Below are positions 18,966 to 27,979 of a stretch of 64,000 nt of DNA, in pieces. This DNA is from Pseudomonadota bacterium (GTDB lineage: Bacteria; Desulfobacterota; Desulfobacteria; Desulfobacterales; RPRI01). The translations under genes were made by a program, and so were the position numbers. Position 1 is the first letter of the stretch. The number at the start of each line of letters is the position of its first letter. Under the pieces are notes generated by a model. It did not search any database and was not told the origin of the DNA. It saw only the letters and a list, made by a program, of their open reading frames with translations. The DNA is taken from positions 64,001 through 128,000 of the forward strand of contig JBDRRF010000051.1 of NCBI GenBank assembly GCA_043825875.1. Direction: 5' to 3'.

Positions 18966-19883
18966 TCAACTCCAGTATGTTCTTATTTCGGTATCCTGAT
19001 CAATACCGGTGTCAAGATTCCAGTTTGGAATAATATTGGCGATATTTTCTGTTGAAAAAAGTGAACGCTCTATTTTTGACCAGACAGTTACCAGGTTTTT
19101 TACAGCATGATCAAATCCTTGTTCACGAAATGAGCCTGTCTGTCCATTTGGCAGTTGAACGCTTGTATAATATTTTTTTACCAGTTCAGGCGAATTCTTT
19201 TTGATATCGCTGTGTGTGCGATAAACATAATCCAAGCCGAAATGTCGAAATGCTTTTGCAATCGCATTTCCACCTTCGGCTGTGTCTATTTCTTTTACAT
19301 AAGAATCAATAATTTTCTTTGCAGGAAAACTACCTGCCATTGGACAATTTACTTCTGCATGTGCAGCCCAAAAAAAAGCCACTTTTTCAAATGAGGGATG
19401 CTTGATACATGCTTTTAAAACATCCGAATATTCGGCAGCATACAATTCAAGATTCATAACATCTTTTAAGATCATCACATCCTGAATCATTTCACATTGC
19501 CTATGATTGTTACGTGTATCTTTATCAGTATATGGCCCGACAATACTTTCGACAATAGGATGAATTGTGGCATCTGCTACAAGATGACCGACAAAACCCA
19601 ATAGCCAGGCCATTTGATAATTCCATATTTTCCCTTTTGTCTTTGCTGCACTCAATGAATGAAGAGCATTTTTTACAATTCCGTTTGTCTTATGATAGTG
19701 TATTATATCAGCCCAGGCAAAACCTCCCATAGCAAGATGCGCCAGGTAAGGTATATCCGGGCTCACGCTGCCTAATGTTAGAAAATTTTTATTTTCGCGA
19801 AGTATTTTCCCAAACTTTTGATCAACGGCAAATGATTTGATAGCACTTGCCACAATCGCCATATGAGTATATGCGCCAGCCAT
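18966..19883 (-). CDS. Zinc-dependent phospholipase C family protein
   Basis: N-terminal AYTH, GSVSPD, HY, GHLVADATIHP, HRQCE metal-ligand pattern. Confidence 0.82.
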   Translation of the reverse strand: MAGAYTHMAIVASAIKSFAVDQKFGKILRENKNFLTLGSVSPDIPYLAHLAMGGFAWADIIHYHKTNGIVKNALHSLSAAKTKGKIWNYQMAWLLGFVGHLVADATIHPIVESIVGPYTDKDTRNNHRQCEMIQDVMILKDVMNLELYAAEYSDVLKACIKHPSFEKVAFFWAAHAEVNCPMAGSFPAKKIIDSYVKEIDTAEGGNAIAKAFRHFGLDYVYRTHSDIKKNSPELVKKYYTSVQLPNGQTGSFREQGFDHAVKNLVTVWSKIERSLFSTENIANIIPNWNLDTGIDQDTEIRTYWS

Positions 19884-19920
19884 ATTAACCTCTTCTTCTT
19901 ATTTTCTAAACGAATAGCAT

Positions 19921-20385
19921 TTATTCTTCATCTTCTTCATCATAGTCCGGATATTGCGGTGGAGATTCACCAAACGACTTAATCACCTTAAGATGTTTTT
20001 TCTTCGAATTCGTTTCATCAATATTTTGAACTCGAATTCGATGCCACCAATCATCCCCAAAATCGAAGAGGTAGTGAAAGACATCATTTTCATTCAACCC
20101 AATATCGCCAATTCGGGTCTTTGCTGCAGATTTCCTCTGTTTCCCGAAACCCATTATATCCTCAACATTCTGCGGATGAGTTATTTCGGGAGCATTATAT
20201 ATGCTTCTCATATTCTTTGTATCGTTTCCGGTGATAAAAAAGGAATAAAGATGATGATCGTATCTATCGAATGCCCGGAAAATCGCAGCATGAAAATCAT
20301 CAAAAGTGCAATTATCAGATGCCTCAATTATTCGATATAACTTTGGTATGCCCATGATAGAAATTCTGAACTGGTATTTTTTCAT
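19921..20385 (-). CDS. Plasmid pRiA4b ORF-3 family protein
   Basis: HLYSF, YLFDFGDDWWHRI, GESPPQYP. Confidence 0.88.
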   Translation of the reverse strand: MKKYQFRISIMGIPKLYRIIEASDNCTFDDFHAAIFRAFDRYDHHLYSFFITGNDTKNMRSIYNAPEITHPQNVEDIMGFGKQRKSAAKTRIGDIGLNENDVFHYLFDFGDDWWHRIRVQNIDETNSKKKHLKVIKSFGESPPQYPDYDEEDEE

Positions 20386-20587
20386 TTTATTACCCCTAAC
20401 AAGCCTGATCTTAAATACCGGTTTTAAACAAAATCCGTTTTTTGAATAACCTTTTTTACCCTAATATCTATTTAAAATCAAATAATTATTGTTAATAACT
20501 TATATATAATATACTTGTTATCAGTGACAAAATGTATTAAATATAGATAATTTCAGAGTTCAGCTTTCGAATTAAAAGGAGATCTTT

Positions 20588-21682
20588 ATGCCAAAAGGAT
20601 TTAAGATTGCCATTAATATGGGCGGAGGAGACGCACCGGGTCTCAACGCTGTTTTAGAAGCCGTGGTTCGCTCAGCCGCTAACAGAAACTGGGAAGTATA
20701 CGGAATCAAGAACAGTTATGAAGGACTTATCGACACAAATGAAATCATATCCTTAACACCTGACAAGGTGTGGCATATTTCAAGCATTGGAGGAGCTTTT
20801 CTGGGAACCACAAACAAAGCCAATCCTTTTAACATGCCTGTTGCCAATGCAGCAGGCGAAATCGAATACAGAGATGTTTCCGACAAAGTTGTGGAAAACT
20901 TCAAACGCCTGCGGCTGGACTGTCTCATTGCTGTTGGCGGTGATGGAAGCCTTGAGATTGCATACAAACTGTTTAAAAAAGGGATTCCTGTAATCGGTGT
21001 ACCAAAGACCATAGACAATGATCTGGTAAATACAAATATAACTTTCGGTTTCGATACGGCTGTAAGCACTGCCACAGAAGCAATTGACCGTTTGCATTCA
21101 ACCGCCAAATCCCATGACCGTGTTATGGTTGTTGAAGTTATGGGAAGAAACGCCGGATGGATTGCTTTAAACAGCGGCATTTCAGGTTCGGCTGATGTTA
21201 TTTTAATCCCTGAAATTCCATTTGATATAGACAAGGTATGCGATCATATTATGGGAAGAGAACTGCATGGTCAACGCTATGCCATAGTCGTTGTAGCTGA
21301 AGGAGCCGTTCCTGTGGGAGGTAAAACAACTAACAAAGGTAAAGGCGAAGCCGGGCGCCAGGATGTTATACTAGGCGGTATAGGCGAGCGTGTTGCAAAA
21401 GAAATCGCGGAAAAAACTGCCAAAGACAGCCGTTTCATGGTACTGGGACATCTCCAGAGAGGAGGATCGCCTACCACATTTGACAGACTTCTTGCACTTC
21501 GCTTCGGGGCCGGGGCATTAAGACTTGTTGAAGAGAAAAAATTCGGCTCAATGATAGCATTGGAATCGCCAAACATCAAAGCGATCCCTCTTAAAGACAT
21601 TATCGGCAAAATTAAACGGGTTCCGCTTGATGGTGATACTATCCTGACAGCCAGAGAAATAGGGATTTGCGTTGGAGACTGA
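20588..21682 (+). CDS. pfkA: 6-phosphofructokinase (PfkA group III type)
   Basis: GGGDAPGLN, GGDGS, PKTIDND, EVMGR, GHLQRGG. Confidence 0.93.
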   Translation: MPKGFKIAINMGGGDAPGLNAVLEAVVRSAANRNWEVYGIKNSYEGLIDTNEIISLTPDKVWHISSIGGAFLGTTNKANPFNMPVANAAGEIEYRDVSDKVVENFKRLRLDCLIAVGGDGSLEIAYKLFKKGIPVIGVPKTIDNDLVNTNITFGFDTAVSTATEAIDRLHSTAKSHDRVMVVEVMGRNAGWIALNSGISGSADVILIPEIPFDIDKVCDHIMGRELHGQRYAIVVVAEGAVPVGGKTTNKGKGEAGRQDVILGGIGERVAKEIAEKTAKDSRFMVLGHLQRGGSPTTFDRLLALRFGAGALRLVEEKKFGSMIALESPNIKAIPLKDIIGKIKRVPLDGDTILTAREIGICVGD

Positions 21683-22925
21683 AAAGCACTCAGCACTTGA
21701 AATTATATTCCGTTCTCTTAAACATAAAAATTTTCGTCTTTTTTTCGCAGGACAAAGCTTCTCACTTATCGGCACATGGATACAACGAATAGCAATATCC
21801 TGGCTGGTGTATAAACTCACAAATTCCGTATTCTTATTGGGCGTGGTCGGCTTTTGTGACCAGATTTCCACATTTTTACTATCCCCTCTTGCCGGGGTTT
21901 TGACAGACCGGTGGAATCGCTATCATATTTTAATAGCCACTCAGTTTCTGGCGGCATTACAAGCTTTAATCCTGGTGTATATTTATTTCTACGGGAATAT
22001 TAACATCTGGCACATCATCATCTTAAGCATATTTCTTGGTTCTATCAATGCTTTCGACATTCCTGCCCGGCATTCGCTTCTTTTGGAAATGATAGAAAAA
22101 AAAGAAGACCTTGGAAATGCAATCGCCTTAAATTCTTCCATGTTTAACGCAGCACGGCTGTTGGGACCATCAATTGCGGGCATATTAATTGCCACAACAG
22201 GCGAAGGCATATGTTTTATCATAAATGCATTGAGCTATATTGTAATTGTAACTTCATTATTGAAAATGAACATTGCCCCAAGGATAATAAACAAGAAAAC
22301 CACACATGTTTTTACAGAGTTAAAAGAAGGCTTTTCTTATGCTTTTAGTTTCAGACCACTAAAAAATATTATACTTCTTTTCGCCCTGGTAGGTTTAATG
22401 GGAATGCCTTATTCAGTTCTTCTGCCGGCTTTCGCTAAAGAAATACTTCATGGCAGTTCCGATACATACGGATTTCTCATGGGAGCTTCAGGTTTAGGGG
22501 CTTTAATGGGGGCACTTTATCTTGCATCCAAAAACAGCATCCGGGGGCTTTGGAAAATTATTCCTTCTTCTACAAGCATTTTCGGTATTGGTTTGATTTT
22601 ATTTTCTTTTTCACGTTCCTTTTTGCTTTCAATGGCATTAATGGTTTTAATAGGATTTGGCATGATGCTGCAAATGGCCTCAAGCAACACTATTTTACAA
22701 ACTATAGTTGAAGATGATAAACGTGGCCGGGTTCTTAGTATTTATATAATGGCGCTTATGGGCACAGTTCCTTTCGGGAGCCTTTTAGCCGGTGGGACAG
22801 CAAAGTATTTAGGTGTGCCGTTTACTTTGTCAATTGGGGGAATAACATGTGTTTTAGGTGCTCTCATCTTTGCAAAAAAACTTCCCGAACTAAGAGAAAC
22901 AGTCCATAAGTTCGCAAACTTATAG
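21672..22925 (+). CDS. MFS transporter
   Basis: 12-TM pattern; NAIALNSSMFNAARLLGP, DDKRGRV. Confidence 0.92.
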   Translation: METEKHSALEIIFRSLKHKNFRLFFAGQSFSLIGTWIQRIAISWLVYKLTNSVFLLGVVGFCDQISTFLLSPLAGVLTDRWNRYHILIATQFLAALQALILVYIYFYGNINIWHIIILSIFLGSINAFDIPARHSLLLEMIEKKEDLGNAIALNSSMFNAARLLGPSIAGILIATTGEGICFIINALSYIVIVTSLLKMNIAPRIINKKTTHVFTELKEGFSYAFSFRPLKNIILLFALVGLMGMPYSVLLPAFAKEILHGSSDTYGFLMGASGLGALMGALYLASKNSIRGLWKIIPSSTSIFGIGLILFSFSRSFLLSMALMVLIGFGMMLQMASSNTILQTIVEDDKRGRVLSIYIMALMGTVPFGSLLAGGTAKYLGVPFTLSIGGITCVLGALIFAKKLPELRETVHKFANL

Positions 22926-23036
22926 GCTATCAAGCTCCTAATTTTACAAGGAGCCCTTGACCATATATTTTTAATGATGTATCAATATGTTATATTAATT
23001 ATTCAGCAAACCATCAAATTTCAATCAGGAGAAAAA

Positions 23037-23633
23037 ATGAAAAGAAATTATTTATTTGTTTTAATGGGACTTATACTTCTTCTCTCACTCACGGGCTGCG
23101 GATACAACAAAATGCAGGCCAATGAGGAGCGGGTCTTTGCAGCATGGGGGGATGTTGAAGCAAGTTATCAGCGCCGTCTTGACCTGATACCCAATCTTGT
23201 CGAAGTAGTAAAAGGCTATGCAAAACATGAGGCCTCTACATTAACTGCTGTTACCGAAGCAAGGGCTAAAGTTGGCTCGATGCAGCTTTCAAAAGATATG
23301 ATTAATGATCCTGAAGCATTGGGAAAATTTCAGCAGGCTCAGGGCCAGCTTTCAGGTGCCCTTTCGCGACTTATGGTTGTAGTTGAAAGATATCCTGATT
23401 TGAAGGCAAACCAAAATTTTATGGATTTGCAGAATCAGCTTGAAGGAACCGAAAACAGGATAAATGTTGCAAGAGTAAGGTATAACAAGGCTGTGCAGGA
23501 TTTCAATACCAGCATCAGAATTTTCCCCAACTCACTCACAAACTCTCTTATGCTTCATCTTAAACGCAAAGAACCTTTTAAAGCAGATGAAGCAGCAAAA
23601 AGCGCACCCAAAGTTAATTTTTCAATGCAATAA
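23037..23633 (+). CDS. lemA: LemA family protein
   Basis: [30 protein letters not shown]; lipobox LTGC. Confidence 0.93.
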   Translation: MKRNYLFVLMGLILLLSLTGCGYNKMQANEERVFAAWGDVEASYQRRLDLIPNLVEVVKGYAKHEASTLTAVTEARAKVGSMQLSKDMINDPEALGKFQQAQGQLSGALSRLMVVVERYPDLKANQNFMDLQNQLEGTENRINVARVRYNKAVQDFNTSIRIFPNSLTNSLMLHLKRKEPFKADEAAKSAPKVNFSMQ

Positions 23634-23648
23634 AAAAGGAAGTAATAC

Positions 23649-24521
23649 ATGAAATACTGGTTGGTTGCACTTCTATTAATAATTATTCCATATCAAGCCG
23701 AAGCGCTTGATGTTCCGCAACTGAAAGGGAGAGTGAATGACTATGCCGCCATACTCTCTCCTCAAACAATCCAGGTACTGGATGCAAAACTATCAGCGCT
23801 TGAACAAAGCGATTCAACACAGGTAGTGGTGCTTACAATTCCGTCTCTTGAAGGAGAAAGTCTGGAAGAATTTTCCATAAAAGTTGCCGAAACCTGGAAA
23901 ATAGGTCAGAAAAATCTGGATAACGGCGCTATTCTTCTTGTTTCAAAAAATGACCGCAAACTAAGAATTGAAGTGGGACAAGGGCTTGAAGGAAAACTTA
24001 CGGATCTTATGTCCGGCAGGATTATACGCAATGAGATTATTCCCAGATTTAAACAAGGTGATTTTAATGGCGGAATTTTAGCCGGTGCAAATGCCATTGT
24101 GTCTGTAGTTAAAGGCGAATATGTCGCATCAAGATCGAAAACCGGTAAGGAGCAAGGCAAAACACCAATATTTGCGCTACTTATTTTTCTGTTTGTTATA
24201 ACTGCGGCTTTATCAAATATTTCAAAAGTCCTTGGCGGTGTAACTGGCGCTATACTTCTTCCTGTAGTATCTCTTATTTCATTTGGCGGGTTATCCATGT
24301 TATTGCTTGGCCTTCTTGCAATAGGCGGATTTGGTTTCGGTCTTTTTTCAGGAGCTGTTTCAGGTGGAACCGGAAGACATCATCCGGGAGGTTTTATAGG
24401 CGGCGGTTTCGGAGGAGGCGGCTTTGGAGGTGGAGGTTTCGGAGGCGGTGGCTTTGGAGGTGGTGGCTTTGGAGGTGGTGGCGGAGGTTTTGGCGGAGGC
24501 GGATCATCAGGAGGCTGGTAA
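23649..24521 (+). CDS. TPM domain protein (YgcG-like) with Gly-rich tail
   Basis: GRVNDYA, RIEVGQGLEG, (GGGF)n...SSGGW. Confidence 0.92.
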   Translation: MKYWLVALLLIIIPYQAEALDVPQLKGRVNDYAAILSPQTIQVLDAKLSALEQSDSTQVVVLTIPSLEGESLEEFSIKVAETWKIGQKNLDNGAILLVSKNDRKLRIEVGQGLEGKLTDLMSGRIIRNEIIPRFKQGDFNGGILAGANAIVSVVKGEYVASRSKTGKEQGKTPIFALLIFLFVITAALSNISKVLGGVTGAILLPVVSLISFGGLSMLLLGLLAIGGFGFGLFSGAVSGGTGRHHPGGFIGGGFGGGGFGGGGFGGGGFGGGGFGGGGGGFGGGGSSGGW

Positions 24522-24533
24522 AAGGAAATAATT

Positions 24534-25247
24534 ATGACAACTAAAGCATCAGAATTTTTCACACCGGAAGATAAACAGTGTATCTCAAACAGCATTATGG
24601 AAGCTGAAACTAATACTTCCGGTGAAATAGCAATAATGGTTCTGGACTCAAGCGATTCATACAAAGAAGCCGAAATGTTGGGGGCTTTTGTTCTTTCAAG
24701 CTTTTCTGCGCTTATTTTGGAAATTATTAAATCATATTATATTGCAATAAAAGCTGCCGACTGGAGCTATAATTTGTCAGGCTTTTCAGCTCATTTTTTA
24801 GCGGAAGCTTTTGGACATACCAGCATCTGGACTTATATCCCTATATTATTTATCCTGTATTTTCCCGTAAAATTCATATTTTCAAAAACCCCAAAAATGA
24901 AAATACCTTTTTTATCAGGTAAAAGAATTGAAGAGGCGGTAAAAGAACGGGCTGTAAGAGCATTTTATGAAAAAGGATTATATAAAACACGGGATGAAAC
25001 CGGAATTCTTATTTTCATTTCAATATTGGAACACCGGGTATGGATTTTAGGAGATAAAGGGATAAATGAAAAAATAGCGCCAGAATTCTGGAGCAAAATA
25101 GCAAAAAAGCTTTCGGAAGGAATAAAGAAAAAAGAACAGGGAAAAGCTACATGCCATGCCATAGAAGAATGCGGCAAGGAATTAGCAAAGTATTTTCCGA
25201 TCAAACATGATGATACGAATGAGCTTAGTAATGAGGTGATGCTTTAA
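24534..25247 (+). CDS. TPM domain membrane protein
   Basis: AETNTSGEI, TRDETGILIF, DTNELSN. Confidence 0.9.
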   Translation: MTTKASEFFTPEDKQCISNSIMEAETNTSGEIAIMVLDSSDSYKEAEMLGAFVLSSFSALILEIIKSYYIAIKAADWSYNLSGFSAHFLAEAFGHTSIWTYIPILFILYFPVKFIFSKTPKMKIPFLSGKRIEEAVKERAVRAFYEKGLYKTRDETGILIFISILEHRVWILGDKGINEKIAPEFWSKIAKKLSEGIKKKEQGKATCHAIEECGKELAKYFPIKHDDTNELSNEVML

Positions 25248-25255
25248 AGATCATA

Positions 25256-25500
25256 TTAAACTATTGCTTCTGATTGGCTATTCTGGATGGCATTTTGAGC
25301 AGCGTGAACAAGAAAGGAAGATCTTGACATGCCGCGCTTTTTAGCTGCGGCATCAATTTTTTTAAGAATCATTTCAGGAACAGTAATATTTACCCTCACG
25401 GTTCTGGTTTTGGTATCAGGGATCTCAACCACCAAATAAGCCACAGCATCAACAAAATCCGTATCAGCCATAATTTCTTCAAGCTTTGAAGGAGCCAGGC
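25256..25500 (-). pseudogene. C-terminal remnant of a HicB-type antitoxin (ribbon-helix-helix)
   Basis: PSKLEEI..VRVNITVPE..IDAAA..MSRSSFL; the N-terminal HicB domain is replaced by the end of the neighbouring gene. Confidence 0.65.
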
Positions 25501-25523
25501 CGGGGGACGCTGCCTGCTCGATT

Positions 25524-26021
25524 TTACTTCCTGGGTTCTTTTTGCTCCGCTGTGTTTTGCCGTTTAGTATGCCTGTCTCCTGAGGCATTAGCATTCCGTT
25601 GATGGCCCTGTTTATGGCCTCGTCCGATGGTAGGTTTAACCGGGTAGTATACAATTGGCCTGTTTTCAATTTCTTTAATTTTTTCAGAAAGCTCTGCTAT
25701 TTTTTTCTCTAATTTCTCTTTTTCGTCCTTTTGTTTTTCCTCTTCAACCCTTCTGATTTTTTTCTGTTCGATCTCAAGCTTATGTTGGCGAACCTGATTC
25801 TTGGCGTCTTCTACCAGAGCTGTGTAACCAGGGCGGATTTTTTCGGATTCGGGGGAACTTGGTATGGCTTTGGTTTTATCGTATTTTATACCATCATGTG
25901 GTTTTTGGTTACCAAAATGTTTGACGCCTTTATCATCTGTCCATGAGTAGACATTTTCATCCGCAAACACCTGATAGACACACAATATAATTAAAACAAA
26001 TATTATTGTTATTTTTTTCAT
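25524..26021 (-). CDS. DUF4124 domain exported protein
   Basis: Signal peptide, VYSWTDDKGVKHFG; GGAGGGG RBS. Confidence 0.82.
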   Translation of the reverse strand: MKKITIIFVLIILCVYQVFADENVYSWTDDKGVKHFGNQKPHDGIKYDKTKAIPSSPESEKIRPGYTALVEDAKNQVRQHKLEIEQKKIRRVEEEKQKDEKEKLEKKIAELSEKIKEIENRPIVYYPVKPTIGRGHKQGHQRNANASGDRHTKRQNTAEQKEPRK

Positions 26022-26086
26022 TTTATCCCCTCCATCATTTTCAAATATATAATACATTTTTCTTTTCTGCACAAGTTCATGCGAAA

Positions 26087-26215
26087 AGACTGTGCCACAA
26101 TTAGAAAAAATGCCATTCCGAACGTATGTGAGGAATCTTAAAATGCTGAATTTACATAAACCAAGATTTCTCGCTTCGCTTCGAAATGACATAAATATGA
26201 ATTACGATACAGTCT
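26087..26215. repeat. Composite repeat: outer IR AGACTGTG..CAATT / AATT..ACAGTCT enclosing a TG(T/C)CATTCCGAAC...GAAATGACA palindrome (26111-26191)
   Basis: The inner unit matches 61376-61453. Confidence 0.8.
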
Positions 26216-26463
26216 CTAAGGCAGAGCACGAAGTGACACGTAGTGAAGCATAAGCGCTAACAATTTCATTGCTGGATACCGGATCAAGTCCGGTATGACG
26301 GCTTGTGGTGTTTGTACAAAACCCTTAATTCCAAATGCGGTTACCCTGCCCTATCCCTTTGTTCTTGTTGACTTTTGCTGTTGTTACTGTTATTTAAAAT
26401 AAATCTATCATGTTATCATCACAACTTTGTGTTTTACGAAAATACTTTAAACTTTAAACAAAC

Positions 26464-26605
26464 GAGCCACTTTCAAAACGTTTCAGTTTGGTCAAGGTCA
26501 AGGCGGGTTAAAATTTTAACCGCAGGAATACATAGAGTATTTCGAGGATTAAAATTTTAACCCAACGCAGAGATCGGCCATAATGGGACGTTTTGAAAGT
26601 GGCTC
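26464..26605 (+). mobile_element. 142-bp MITE-like element, copy 2
   Basis: Same TIRs and interior as 8164-8305. Confidence 0.88.
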
Positions 26606-26621
26606 ATAGAGATATATTTTT

Positions 26622-27884
26622 ATGCCAGCCGAGTGTACTTCAAAGCCAAATAACTTTTCCGTTTCAATAGAGTCAGGTCTGGATCAATACTGCAAGGCAA
26701 CCCATCCAATCCGTTATGGAAATTATATAAGGATTCGAACACAAGATTATGAATATATTTTTGATTTAAACGGAAAGGTAAAAATAATCAGCGGGAAGCA
26801 ACATAGCAATTGGTCTCGTGAAGACTGGCTGAAACGCACAAAAGGAAATGACTGGGTATTTTATACTGCTGGTATGGGCTACAGCAATGCTTATGCATAT
26901 GAAGGCGAATACTATACAGTATGCCCCGATTATAATTCCAACTCGATTTTCGACTACAAGCCATTTGAAAGCCAATATGTCATAGATGCTCTTGACTCCC
27001 TTCAATTCTTTGTACGTAATTTAAAGGATATTATCGATGAACCGGCTTTTTCGGAAAATAAAATACTGCTTAAAAAAATAATTAATAACAATTCCGGCTT
27101 GTCCGAACCCGATATTCACAGCATCATTAAAAGCTCTATATCTGTGCTTCCGCCTGACACCCGGCATTCGGATTACGATGTGATCCCTGTGATTATCGCA
27201 GATGGATGCATATACAACTGTGATTTTTGTTCGGTCAAATCCAATGAAAAAATCAATATACGAAGCGAAGCGGATATCGCCCGGCAGATAAATGAATTAA
27301 GAGCGTTTTACGGCGAAGATATTATCAACTATAATTCAGTATTTCTCGGCAATCATGATGCTTTGGTTGCCAAGGAAAGTATTATGGCATTTGCAATAAA
27401 CGAATCTTATAAACTCATAAAAAACACCGTGATGCTCGATAATTATCTTTATTTATTCGGCAGCATCTTTTCATTACTTAATGCTGATGAAAAGATTTTC
27501 AGCATACTGGATGACTCCCAGTTTCACACTTATATCAATATCGGCTTTGAATCGTTTGACCAAACAACACTTGATTTAATCGGCAAACCCGTAAAAGCTG
27601 ATGATTCGAAAAAAGCTTTTTTGCGTATGATTGAAATCAACAGAAAATACAGCAGTATTGAAATTACCGGAAATTTGATTATAGGTTCACAACTACCCGA
27701 GTCTCATTTAATTTCCATGCAAGACTTTATAAATAAAAACATTATTGACCGTCCTGCCAAAGGCTGTCTTTATCTTTCTCCATTGTTAGGTGAATATAAT
27801 AATAACGAGATCAAGAGAAAGTTTCACACAATCAAATATAGCATTCAAATGCCGGTGTATATTTACCTCATTCAAAGATTATAG
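26622..27884 (+). CDS. Radical SAM protein of unknown function
   Basis: GCIYNCDFC, NIGFES; long N-terminal extension. Confidence 0.85.
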   Translation: MPAECTSKPNNFSVSIESGLDQYCKATHPIRYGNYIRIRTQDYEYIFDLNGKVKIISGKQHSNWSREDWLKRTKGNDWVFYTAGMGYSNAYAYEGEYYTVCPDYNSNSIFDYKPFESQYVIDALDSLQFFVRNLKDIIDEPAFSENKILLKKIINNNSGLSEPDIHSIIKSSISVLPPDTRHSDYDVIPVIIADGCIYNCDFCSVKSNEKINIRSEADIARQINELRAFYGEDIINYNSVFLGNHDALVAKESIMAFAINESYKLIKNTVMLDNYLYLFGSIFSLLNADEKIFSILDDSQFHTYINIGFESFDQTTLDLIGKPVKADDSKKAFLRMIEINRKYSSIEITGNLIIGSQLPESHLISMQDFINKNIIDRPAKGCLYLSPLLGEYNNNEIKRKFHTIKYSIQMPVYIYLIQRL

Positions 27885-27979
27885 AAATCATACCCATACA
27901 ATGGAACAAAAACGCTCATCAATATACAAGCCGGCAGTTCATCAATTATACTTATAGGCTTAATGGGTTACAAACCATC

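Noticed and set aside
20515..20530. Rex-like operator upstream of pfkA (TTGTTATCAGTGACAA)
   Set aside because: Spacing is shorter than the Rex consensus and the region is very AT-rich; not supportable.
24380..24664. Pro-rich minus-strand ORF
   Set aside because: Antisense of the Gly-rich TPM tail.
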